A stretch of DNA of 60,739 nucleotides, the filler included, from Platydemus manokwari (Eukaryota), in the NCBI GenBank assembly GCA_037951405.1. It is 5 parts of 5 records of this genome, joined end to end, with 100 filler letters (N's around TTAATTAATTAA, not from the genome) between each part and the next. Parts side by side here need not be neighbours in the genome. Positions count along the whole stretch, not along the records: positions 39,394 to 50,176 come from JBBMOY011105998.1; positions 50,277 to 60,739 come from JBBMOY011131884.1; 3 more parts are not named here. The stretch is one strand, 5' to 3'. The notes beneath the pieces are model-generated. The model saw only the letters and a list, made by a program, of their open reading frames with translations. It had not been told where the DNA came from and ran no database searches. Of the stretch, positions 40,104-52,306 are shown in pieces (the stretch's first letter is position 1; each line of letters begins with the position of its first letter). The position numbers and the translations under genes were made by a program.

Positions 40104-40457
40104 CTATGACAGAAAAACAGTTTTTAAAGATTTCAGATAATTATTTCTAGCTTGAAAGATATCATATTTTGAAAACTTTTCCTTTTTATTCTCTTCCATC
40201 TCGGCTTCTAATTCTATTTCCAAGGTTGCATCAAAAAGTTTCTCCTCGGCAATTTCCTTTTCAATCTCTTCTTCATAAAACATTTTCTCTTTCAAATATT
40301 CTGATTGGGGAGTATCTTTGTCTGCATCCATAGTTTTAATTATTTCATATAAGGTTGATGGTGGCTTAGGAGCACTTTTACAAATTCTAAACCCACAACA
40401 TTCGTATAATACTCTCAAACCCGAACGTTCGGAATACTTAATATTATTATCTGCCAT
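40104..40457 (-). CDS. 117-aa orphan protein with an acidic, coiled-coil-like C-terminal half (MADNNIK...)
   Basis: ATG start at 40457 (the ORF-track start at 40481 is TTG); Glu/Lys-rich protein-like composition; no family recognised. Confidence 0.6.
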   Translation of the reverse strand: MADNNIKYSERSGLRVLYECCGFRICKSAPKPPSTLYEIIKTMDADKDTPQSEYLKEKMFYEEEIEKEIAEEKLFDATLEIELEAEMEENKKEKFSKYDIFQARNNYLKSLKTVFLS

Positions 40458-40963
40458 AAAATAATTAAAAATCAATTCCAAAAATCGAATTCATTTAGTT
40501 TTATTTTTTGAATTTCTTTGCAACAATTATATTTTATTTATTATAATTATTATGTTAAATAATTTGTATTCTCCAGGATATATAAATAATAATTTTATAA
40601 TTTAAATGAAAGTGCATTATAGAATAATAATAAAAATCCCAGTGAAACTCGCAAAAATTTCGATTACTTAAGCAGCAAGAAGTAATCAAATGTTTTCAAA
40701 CATTTATTATCAGTATTCAAGTTATTGACCATCATGTTTCTCAACCATACAGTTCAGCTTTCGTTGAATCTTCGACACTGTGATATCGTCACGAGCAGTT
40801 TCTCCATTAATAAACCTGTGCTAAAATACAATTTTGTATGAATATTATTATGCTTACAATAAAAAGTTATAACCATATATATCTTATAGACAATCACAAT
40901 GAATACTATTTTATGATCTGTTAACTGAATTGCATGAAATCCTACTTGGTTAAGTTTCTAGTA

Positions 40964-41017
40964 CAGTGGTTCTCAACTCCGGGGTTGGCAAGCATTTTTA
41001 AAGGTTGAGAACCGCTG
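40964..41017. mobile_element. Minimal 54-bp hAT (Buster/Charlie-type) MITE
   Basis: TIR CAGTGGTTCTCAAC / GTTGAGAACCGCTG (13/14); 8-bp flanks TTCTAGTA / TACTAGTA (7/8, central TA). Confidence 0.85.
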
Positions 41018-41825
41018 TACTAGTAGAATGCTTAATTTTGTGAAATCATTAGAAATCTAATAAAACTATATTCTATTACAACAATGTTATGGGAATTCGA
41101 TATTTCTGATATCAAACAATCGCATTGTGTTTGATTCCCATTACAACGATAGATTCCTTGTCCATAGCCATAGAAATTGAAATATTTACTCCAGAAATTT
41201 TGTTGAATGTAAACTCCCGCAATAAATCATTTATCAAAAATCTTGAAATATATTTATTTGATAGCATGATTTTCACCCGTTTGACTATGAGTACGTGAAG
41301 ACAAAATTAGATACCTTTTGAGGAAATCAGAAACTATTTCATGATAATAATTTTTTTTCAACCAAATTTTATGATATTATTTATAATAATTATCTAAAAA
41401 TATTGAATAAAACAATTTTTACAGAAATATTATCTAAAAATTTTTAATGGATGATAAATGACTCATTTAATTAGCTAAGACCCTAATATCTGGTCAACTA
41501 CATAAGTGTGATGTTTAAAGGATTTTACTGACATCATGAAAAAATAATAATTGTGATTTATGAATATTTTATTGAATTATTAGCTAAATATAAGGAAAAA
41601 ATTTTACAATTAAATCTAGGCGTATCAATGTAACCATTTGACATCATTGTTATCATCCATACATATCGTAATGCAACTGTTATTAAAAATTCAGGCAAGA
41701 GAAGATTACTTCAACTACCCGAATTTTATTCAAATGATTGTCATCGGTACGAAAGAAATGATGAATTCTCGAAAACATGGAATCAATGGAAACCTCATTT
41801 TGACAAAAACTTAGATGACGAAACA

Positions 41826-42434
41826 ATGACCGAGTCAAGTAGAAATTCTTCTATTAGATCATATCATAAAGCTTTACCAATTGGGAAATTTGCCACACAG
41901 AAATTCCGTATTGTTCGAGATGAAGAAGAATTATTTGATATTCCAAACATATATGATGTATGTGGGAATTTGGTCTGTAATCTGGAGTTAACCAGTGAGT
42001 TCGATTGCGTTACCGAATGTGTTTCTATCGATATTTGTAATGCAAGTGATGTGAAAATATTCATCAAAATAGAAGTGAATAAATTCTTAAAGAAAAAACA
42101 GAAAAGTAAATCGTGGATGAATAAGCGAATCGACATTACTCGGTCCATAAACTTAGATCTTAATGCTAGTGGTAAATTAGAAGAAGTTGAAAGATTAATT
42201 AGGACATTACAAGAAAATACGAATGAAAATTGTAAAATTCCGTCTGCAAGGTATCATCTCAAAAGTAATAGCATTCAACTATCAGGACTAGCGGCATTTA
42301 GAGTATTTCAGCTATTGATGGATCTGGTTGAGATTTCGGAATGTGGAAGTTCCAAGAATATAGATAAGGCTAAAAATCAGTTTACACCTCATTATCTATT
42401 AGCAAGATTTAAAAATATTGATTTTTCACTGTGA
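41826..42434 (+). CDS. Unknown protein of at least 202 aa; possibly the last exon of a larger gene
   Basis: 609-bp ORF whose frame stays open upstream to ~41634, with an AG acceptor candidate at ~41694; no family recognised. Confidence 0.65.
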   Translation: MTESSRNSSIRSYHKALPIGKFATQKFRIVRDEEELFDIPNIYDVCGNLVCNLELTSEFDCVTECVSIDICNASDVKIFIKIEVNKFLKKKQKSKSWMNKRIDITRSINLDLNASGKLEEVERLIRTLQENTNENCKIPSARYHLKSNSIQLSGLAAFRVFQLLMDLVEISECGSSKNIDKAKNQFTPHYLLARFKNIDFSL

Positions 42435-45400
42435 TTGTTATAATTTTTGTTATGTATGAAATGATTATTATAGTAGCAAAAAAAACTTTGAAATAAGTAT
42501 TTTTTTTAGACTCCCACAAGAAGATTTTGTGTATATAAAAAATTTAAAACATGTACAAATTTAAAGTAATTAAAGGAACTGTATAATTATATTACACATT
42601 TGAAAATCTGTTATTCTAAAATTTGTGTTGCAATATGTCTAACTCATGTGGTTTAATTTGTTTCCAAAATAGTAAAATATTTGGCAATTATTGGCGACAA
42701 ACATGATTTTAAACACATAATGAGAAACTCATAATATCTGCTTTTCCTTACGAAATAATTGTTAATGCGTGTTGATCATTTTATTCTACAATGAACGTTC
42801 AGCAATATTTTTAAATAATATTAATGAATGTTTAGTGAATAATCTGAAAAAAATAATTTTGTACATACACACAAATTTTTGAATGCATGTTTATTATTGT
42901 TGAAAGAAGAATCAAGTAATTCCGGATTATATCACAAGTATTGTATTGAATTTTCTTCAGATTTATTAAAATAAAGTTCTTATGAATAGTTTGGTTTCGA
43001 TTAGTACAGAATAACACTTATATCAATGACAAATTCAGTATATAAAACAAGATTTTCAGTATGAATTCTTAAAATTTATTATAAATCACAAGTAACTGTG
43101 GCCATAATTGGCGAGTAATGAAAAATCTACGAAAAAACGATGACCCCTGACAACTTGAAACGGTTGTTTTGATTATTTTCAAATAAAAATACCTACACAT
43201 CTATGCAAATCATACTAAAATGAAAGTTTCATTTCGACGAAAACTATGGTCATACAATTACACAATCACATGGATTTACTAAACTCGGTCCTTAAAAATC
43301 CCTTACTTCAATGAAAATTCTGGAAACATTAGTGCAGAATGAGAGTCGAACATGCATAACACATACAGACTCACGGTTATAAGTAAGGGATTATTTACCA
43401 CTTTTTACCAGTGAGAATCCGCGTTTTAATTTTTTTGCTTTCTCACTATTGACATGGAACCATATCGATATTTTCGTTTGTGATAATTAAGGTTACTTCA
43501 TTCAATTCATTTTTAATATCCACCAATTTTTATAAAAAAATTTAATTACTCTTCCTCTGCAAATCATCTAGTTGGAGGAGTAGAACCAGTTTCACTGGTT
43601 AATAAAATATAAGTCTTCAATTTTTTATTAAACTTTGCAACAGTTTCATTTTTCAAGTCAAAATCTTGAATCACAGAATATATTAAATCAAAATTTTTCA
43701 ATTCTGGTTTAAATAAATTATATTTCTTCATCTTCTTTATTTATGTTTGATTTTGAATTTAATAAAGTAGATAAATTTTAGCTTGTACGGCATTCACTTT
43801 GAACACTGTAAAAATATTTCATTTTCTAGACATCTGGGAATAAAACAATGTACAATGAGATCGTTTTTTGTAATGGAATACCGTTCTATATATTTTTTTA
43901 TAATCTTAACGCATCGTTATTCATATTTTATTTAGCTATTTATATTTTTTTATACAAAAATAAAATATACTATATATCCTTTGTTATCATTATATTGATT
44001 ACAAATTCTGACAGTTTTTTACTTAGTCCACTTGCTTCCAATTTCCCAATTTGAGGAGTTCTATATATATGTTGGGATCACCCACCCAGCAGCCTCACAA
44101 TAAAACAAAAATCTAACTTTACCGCACATACAACCCCCAGCACAAGGTTATACAATATAACCCATAAATCATTGACTATAGATAGTGCAAAACAGAATGA
44201 GTGTAGCAAAGCGGGGCGAAGAATCAGCTAGAGCGCAGCGGAGTTCAAATATTAGCAATAATTGATATTTTGATTGATATTGTGATTAATAATTAATGTT
44301 TTGATGTTTTGATTAACAACAATTGTTGTGTTATTTTTATGTATATGGGGTATTGGTTAATAATTTATTGACAATAGTAATGGTATAGAATTACGTAATT
44401 ATAATCAATTTATTTTTCCTTTTATGTAAAAAAGAGAAAAGAAGAAGTAATTTCGATAAAATTAAAATAAAAATAAAATAAATATAATAATTAATTAAAA
44501 TAAAAGCACAAAAAATAAAGGAAAATAAACCATATTCAAAAATACACGAACAAAATAAAACATGTTTAGAACATATTTTAAAAAATACATGTATAAGCAT
44601 ATGGAAAATGTAATCATTCTGGAAAATACATGAAATTGTGATATGGCCGTAAAATGTGAAGTATAAATAGCAGACTACCATTTTGAAAAACCACTTGGAA
44701 ATGTCAATGTGAAAATCATAATTTCGAAAATACGAGTTTAAGCTAAAAATTTGAACCACAATTTTGAATAACAATATGTACATTTCGAACCCCGAGTTTA
44801 AACCATATCTGAGAAAATCTATAACTTTAGAAGAATAACCCAAGAAAATCTATAATTTCATTAATATTTGTCTCCATTTTAACAAAAAATAAAATCAATA
44901 AACCCAACTAAAACTGAACTGATCCAGTGTACTGTGTGTGAAATTTATTTTTACAACATAGCTATTTTTATTTGTTTTTGATGTACATCAACATTATTTT
45001 GTGTTTTATCTTTTGTTTATTGTTGAAGAAATAGCATGTTCAAATAGAGCGGATTGAATAGACTATATGACATAACGAAGAAATCAAAGGCAAATAAGCA
45101 AATAATATGTTAACACGATATTACTAATAAAAATTATAACAAAAACAATAATGATTATCAAATAGTTATTACATAAATAAAATAGTGAAAAATAAATACA
45201 AAAAGGTTAATATTCAATAATATAGAAATAATATTATCTTTCGAGCATTGTTAGGTTTGGAAATTATTAGCTCCCAAACTATTGTCTCATAAAGTACATC
45301 AGTCTTGATTCTGCATAGTCTCTCCATATCACTCACAATACAGGTTTGAACAATCAAAATGAGTTGCTCGGTTGAACAGGTTTCCATAACAATGGAATAC

Positions 45401-47505
45401 AAAATTATTTATTTGTCTTATTCAATTCAGCGTTATTGTTGAGGCACCTCTATTATTAATGCTCGATTTCTATCGACTCTTATTCTAAAAATAAATATAA
45501 AGATTTTTTTAATCACGTAAAACTAGCTATGATGTCGGAAACTTTAATTTTGAAAAGATTCCTTTGCAATAATTAATATTCATAAAATTTGTGAAGAATA
45601 TTCTTGATTATTACATATGTGGAAAGGAGTTCTTAAATTGTCTTTCTTTAATATGAAAAACCACAAGGTTTTCTTTCTGTTGGGAATATCACAAATCAAT
45701 CAAAAGTGTCACAAGAATCAATGAAACATACATACCCGATAAGCACACGTGCTGATAACCAATCAGATTTATTCTAATCTCAATCCATATTTAGAAGGTT
45801 AGAATCGACAGAGACATATCTACAAATGGCAGCAAGCTCAAACATCCGTCAATGGCACGAATGATGCGAGGAAAATCTAAAGTATATCGATACACGAACA
45901 AATTCAGCAAATGAAAAACGAAGATCCGTGACATCCAGCAGATGCACTCGAGAGGTCTATAAAAGAGATTGAGTTCCATGAATATCCGCTAGTCTTTATT
46001 GGTCGGTAACATGAGTGTTAAGTTTATCTTGGTGTGATTTTTAGTGATTAGTCTTTTTGATTACTTTCCAATATATTTTTTGACGTTCGGGCATTGATCT
46101 CGTATTGAGTGATTTACTATTGAGAGTTTTGAAAGGATTTATAATAGTTATAGAGATTTTTATTGTGATATTTTGGTTAATACAATTGTCATCTAAATTG
46201 TCGATTAATATATCCAACATTTCCAACTTTCTATTGACCTTTCAAGAGTTTTGATTTTGTAATAAAAGCACTTTTAATTATATAGTTGTGCGCATCATTT
46301 AAATTGTGAGAATTATTAAAATCCCTGATTAAGAAGTTTTGTACGAAGTAAATTTAAACAAATTAAAGTATTTTTACATTTTAAAATAAATAATTAGATT
46401 TTAAAATATTTCCCATATTCATAACACTTCACAAACCATGAATCGAATTCTTAAATTATCCTCATCAATAGAAATAAACATTTTTTCAAAATTTAGCTTC
46501 ATACGCCAATTCTAAACCTCCATAAGTTTTGTTAGTAATACCTCTATTAAATACTGGTCGAATCGAATTAAAATTTCCTGTAACGTTATAATGTGCAAAA
46601 TTGAATTGAGACAATAAATGTGATTTCTTCACTTATTTATTACCGTACAATCAGAATATATTGATTATTTTCACTTAATAATCCTGCACATTAACAATAA
46701 TCCAATTATTTTTCGAGAAAATTAACACAAAGCGAAATAATAAAACTTTCCCAGTTTGCTATATTTGAAAAAATTAAATGAAATAAATATAATAAGACGC
46801 AATAAACACACACAACATGCAGGGTATCAAATAGCATAAATAGACTAGCCATAGTTTTTTGTTGCCCATTGAAGAAACAATTTAGACCAATTATGAAGAA
46901 ATCATAAATCTATCTTGAGTTCACCAGAATCTAAAATATTTCAATCAATCGACTTAAACCAGAGTACATTTATGACCAATAGTTGCACTGAAAGATTTGC
47001 GATAACATCGTCATATAGATACCATTATTCGAGTTGCGCCTCTAATTTAAATCAACTTAACACCAAGATGTCAAAGTCAAAAAAGTTACTGACCACTTTT
47101 TAAATTCGAAATGCAATTGCACAATTTGTAAAAAGAAATTGATTAATACTTCTATATCAGTAAGATTTTATTTTAAATTTTTTTAATTATTTGGACACCA
47201 ACAGATAAGGTTCTTGCTGCAGTTAAATCCTTGGTAATCCTTAAAATAATTTTTAAAATATAAATAATAATTATATTAGAATCAATTAAATATCGACAAG
47301 TCAACAATAGTAATAAATTAAAATAATTTAAAATACACTCGATATAATATATGATGCTATTGTAATGTACCAATACAGAACCCTCGAGATAAAAGTATAG
47401 GACGTGTTGTCTAGGAGGCCGGACAGGCCTCTTATCAATAAATGAAATCGGGGAACCGAAGATGGAGATCTTATGAGATTTTAAAAATACTGCAAGACTA
47501 TAACC

Positions 47506-48280
47506 CAGTGGTTCATAACCACTCTGCGGCGAATGGTGACTGGAGTAATTAATTAGTAAGCGTTGCTATGCTTTACATCATCTTTATATCTCATTTACAA
47601 TACCAACAAACTCTTTGCAGATATTTCTTATTTAATATTTAGGTGTTGTAATTTAAGGTTTTAGTAGGACAAATAAAATACATGATTAAATATGATAAAA
47701 ATTCTCTTAGACTTATTTTCTTCAATTTTAGATTTAATTCACCTTTAAATATGGACAAGTTTTTCAAAAGAAAAATCGATGACCAGAATGATTCTACGAT
47801 TTCTATTAAAAAACCAAAGGTTGTAAAGTAATAATTTCTTGAAATTTGGGTTTCACTGGACTGGAGGTACATAGATTCCTTCTCCGCTGTGCGTTGTGTG
47901 TTGCCAAACGCTGTCTAATGAAGCAATGGTTTCAAAAAAACAAACCATCCTAATCTTCGAACTAAAAATATCGATTATTTCCAAAGGTTGTTAGAATAAA
48001 ATGCAAGGCAAAGACAGGTATTTAATTGAAATATGCTCAACTGTCATTGGACTCCTTTTGGATTTCTGTTATGGAAAAGCATCCAACTCTTAGTAAAAAA
48101 GCAAACAATGTATTAGCGCTATTCTCTACTTCTGGATTTATTGATTACCTAAACAACATTAAAAATAAAAAACGTGAAAGACTTAAACAATTTGAAAAGT
48201 TAAGAGTATGTCTTTCTCACATTCGCCCACAAATTGCAGTAGTAGAAAAGAAGCACCATGCACAACTGTCCCACTGACAT
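47506..48280 (+). mobile_element. Internally deleted hAT Buster-family (ZBED5/SCAND3-like) transposon
   Basis: Left end CAGTGGTTC at ~47506; BED finger remnant CVVCCQTLSNEAMV..TNHPNLRTKNIDYFQRLLE (~47889-47997) joined to the hAT dimerisation domain LSLDSFWISV..HPTLSKKA..L..FST and LRVCLSHIRPQI...QLSH*. Confidence 0.85.
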
Positions 48281-48419
48281 TCACCATTTTATTCTATACC
48301 CGGTATTGAATACAAAATATGTTGTATTTGTGCGAATAAAAATTCTATTTACATGATCTTCTTTGTTTTATACTATTTCATTGCAAAAAGTCCTTGTTAG
48401 CCCCTAGTATTTTAAATCG

Positions 48420-49010
48420 AAAAGTCAAGACAAAAATCTATTTAAATACAAATATTTAAACAAATAAATTTAATTTTATATAAATATGATTTTATATGAA
48501 GTTAGGATTAAATTAGAAATTTAATTCATTCAAAATATTTCATATCCCCATTTCTTTTGTCAATCGTCTCTGTATCGAACACTCTGGATATTTCAGTACA
48601 CGAAAACTCTAATTTTTATATTTTTTAATGTCTTCTTATACATCTCCATTATATATTCTTTTATATCTCCTTTATATCTTTTTTATATCTCTTTTTCATC
48701 TCTTCCTTATATCTTCTTTATATGTTCTCAATATAGTCTCAGTATATTCTTCTTTCTTTTCTATAATTTTCAGTTGTAGATCTTCTCATAATCGAATCCA
48801 ATTGCTCGGTCGCCATGTTAACAGCTATTATTTTAAAAACTACACATTCAAAACTAACTGAAAAGTCAAGACACGAAAAAAATCTATTTTAATACAAATA
48901 TTTAAACAAATAAAATGTATTTTATACATATATGATTTTATATAAAATTTGAATTAAATTTGAATCAATTTTGAATTAAAAATTTAATTCATTTAAAATA
49001 TCTCACAACT
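48420..49010. repeat. Interspersed AT-rich repeat with a ~120-bp direct duplication (48420-48540 and 48861-49005)
   Basis: AAAGTCAAGACA..AAATCTATTT.AATACAAATATTTAAACAAATAAA occurs twice; related copies at ~18734-18775 and, inverted, at ~52660-52970. Confidence 0.7.
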
Positions 49011-50030
49011 ACTATGTGAAAAAATATAAAAAATAATCAAGAAATCAAAAAATATTATTGATCATAAAATTGTATTTTTAGAAGCAAGGAAAATAACATA
49101 AAAAATTCAAGTGCAAATAGCCCTCCGGTTACCAAGCATGTGGTCAGCAGTCGATACTCGAAAAAAGGAAATTAGGAAGAGGGGAAACAAAAACGGAAAA
49201 TCATATTAAAAAATGAATATCAACAAATAGCAATAAAAATATGAATGAAAATTATTTTCAATAGCTTAATGTTAATAGAAATTAAAGACTGATAACTTAA
49301 ATTCTCCGAAGTTAAAGTTCGTAAACTTTTAAATAAAGTTCCTTAACAATTGGTGAATGACTCAATGTGAATTGATTTCATCTATAAAAATTTCTGTTGC
49401 TAACGAAATATAAGGGAATGTAATTATGATGGAGATAGAGTAATTAGGTAATTGCCACAAATAATAATGGACTATTTCTTTTTATCACTGACAATTCTCC
49501 GCTGTTTTGAACTAGTTTGGTGGCTTGTTCAGTTTTGCATCGCCTTTTCATATTGATTTTCGACATGGGTGTAAGCCCCATGTGTATTGGTCACTGCAAA
49601 ATTAAAATTAATTTATTAATAATTAACGATTCCGCTTGTTATTCTTTTTAAATTTTTGTTATATTTTTCATTATATTCTTTTTTCCTTTTATTAATACAA
49701 TTTTTTGTATTTTATTATAACTTTTCTATCTCATTATATCACGGTAATGTATTTACGCTCGTATTCTTTAGCATATTGTTTATCACTTATGTCAATTAAT
49801 TAATATAATTTTTGATTTGTAATTTTATTATTATTGTTACATTTTGCTTTTGATCGTTATTGAAATTGCTCTTCTATTATCAATATCTTTGTTCATTCTG
49901 TCAGCTAATATCTGTCTGCTTCCAAAATCATAAACAAAATTTGAAAAAATATTATTCACCCACACATTATGGATTGAAATTAAACATGCATAAATATTTA
50001 AAATAAAACATAGAAAATAGAGTTTTAAAA

Positions 50031-50176
50031 TATTAGGTTGTCCCATATGAAATGTCCGATTTTTATATATTGAACTTTAAATCAAAATTTTTTAAAAATT
50101 ACTTAACATATACTTTGTTTTAATGTTTTATTTGATAGATATTTAGTGGTATATTCAAATTTCTTATTAAGTAAAT
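50031..50176 (+). mobile_element. Probable mariner terminal inverted repeat, truncated by the contig end
   Basis: TA + TTAGGTTGTCCCATATGAAATGTCCG resembles mariner TIR starts (TTAGGTTG...); the partner TIR is not visible. Confidence 0.55.
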
Positions 50177-50276
50177 NNNNNNNNNNNNNNNNNNNNNNNN
50201 NNNNNNNNNNNNNNNNNNNNTTAATTAATTAANNNNNNNNNNNNNNNNNNNNNNNNNNNNNNNNNNNNNNNNNNNN
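50177..50276. other. Artificial contig-joining spacer
   Basis: Same N44-TTAATTAATTAA-N44 structure. Confidence 0.97.
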
Positions 50277-52223
50277 GCATTGACATGGCTTATCTATTTG
50301 TTTACATCAGTATAAACTTATATTTTGTGAAATTATTAATTTTCTGATGACATACAAGTTATTTTATAAATAAATGATTGAAAAATAACGCCACTGAGTA
50401 GATTATGAGGCCGTTTGATTTATCAAAGAATAAATATTAGACATTTCTACTCTCATTTTTAACAACTTTACTTCTCCATCAATAAAATATCTTTATTTTT
50501 AATAAATCAAGAAATTATAAAACAAGCTTGAATGGGTGGACTTGTGGGAAATCAACCAATTTATAATAAATAATATATAATAAATAATGAAAAATTGAAA
50601 TACAAAAATGCAATATAAGCACACCTGGCGATAGCTACAATATCTATAGCAAATAAGATTAGGTGGGAATGACAATTGTTTGTCGTTTCATTTTATGAAT
50701 TATAAGATATAAACAATTAGTTTTCCGTTGTCATGGCAATGTTTGAATTAAAACTGACGTTTCTCAAGACAAACGTTAGTTTTTAAAAGGATTTTCATTA
50801 ATAACTGATATTTCCATTAAAGTGCAACTAATTGCGAATCATTCTACAACAAATCTTTGAGTGAATTAAATAAATAATATATTAATTGCTCCGGTGAATT
50901 AGTTGAGTTAATTCTAGAGAATGAATAATTAATTTTGACTATTTACAAATTTTAAGTAACACGTGTATCGAATGAGTTGATTTTATTTTTATTAATAGAC
51001 TCTTTCTGTGGAGACTTGAAATAGATTTCTTCACGAAATAAATAAAATTATAAATATTCCTAAATAGAAGAATTAATTCATTGTGTAATATGCCTATTGT
51101 TGTGAATTGTTTCGCTCCACGAGTCTGGGATAAGATAATTGATGTATGAAGATTTGCATATCAACTGTTAATTTTATGGAATTGTTAAGTCTATGGATAT
51201 CATTAGATTCGCTGTGGGGTCAATTAACCCCCCCCCCGAATATATATTTTTTAAAATTTTTAAATATCAGCTATAAAGGAATTCAATTAATTAAATACGA
51301 ATTTAATGGCTGGAATTAAGTTTTCTGAAAATTTTCTAATTTATGCTCCAAATTTAAAATTTATAATAAGGGTAATAATAATAATAATATTTATAATAAA
51401 ATCAATATTTTGATGATACATAGTGTCTAAATGGAAGTAGAATTTTTATTCTTTTAAAAATTATAATGATGATTATATTAATAATATGAATATTTGCACC
51501 TAATATTTTATCTCGAGACTTCGATAAAGACTAAAATTCAAATACTCATATTTGTAAAAATCTAAATCAAAAAGTGTTTCCCTTATACTGGAAACATTGG
51601 ATTATTGTTGGACAAATAAAGGGTTGGTCGCAATTTTCACTATAATTTAAATAAATAATATTATACATATAAATATTTATAATAATAATGTCATTATATT
51701 TTTATAATTATCGTTACATCTATGATAAACCTTAGATATAATATTAAACATTTCATATTATCTCTTCCCGTTTAATACACTACTATCCATACTTGAAATA
51801 GGTTTAAAAAATTGTATCAAAAAGTTATTCACTAATGATAATATTCATATTACTATCCATTTATATTGAAAAAAAAACAATTTATCCACATCTCCAAACA
51901 CAGACAGAAAAAAACAATTCAAGTCAAAATCTATGCAATATGTGACTATTAAATTTTCGCCTCAAAAGAATATCGATGAAGGCATCATTTGTCTCAATCA
52001 TTTCAATGCATCCTTTTTGTAATTGAAAGTCGTTCAAAGAAGTTGGATATGATGCATTCATCAGAAGCTATAGTGAATTATTTGGTTAAAAATATTAATT
52101 GATGTTTAAAGAGTACTTAGCGTTTTATGTGGATCAAATGATAAATGATAAAGATTGTTCTGGTGACGACTAATGTTGTGTATTATTTCCATTCAATAAT
52201 CAAGCTCTTACTTATTAACAAAC

Positions 52224-52262
52224 TTATTATTATTATCATTATTATTATTATTATTATTATTA

Positions 52263-52306
<44 letters not shown>
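52224..52306. repeat. (ATT)n microsatellite
   Basis: About 27 imperfect ATT units; produces a spurious poly-Ile ORF. Confidence 0.95.

Noticed and set aside
45791-45979. DFPRIIRAIDGC resembling the Harbinger transposase GFP..IGAIDG motif
   Set aside because: A single short motif with no other Harbinger features or TIRs
47411-47432. GC hairpin next to CTAG (also 22202-22217 and ~44211-44231) as Helitron 3' ends
   Set aside because: Spacing and context do not fit well and no 5' end or Rep/helicase remnant is visible
18776-50276. Four identical TTAATTAATTAA palindromes at roughly 10-kb spacing
   Set aside because: Each is embedded in exactly 44+44 N; they are artificial contig linkers
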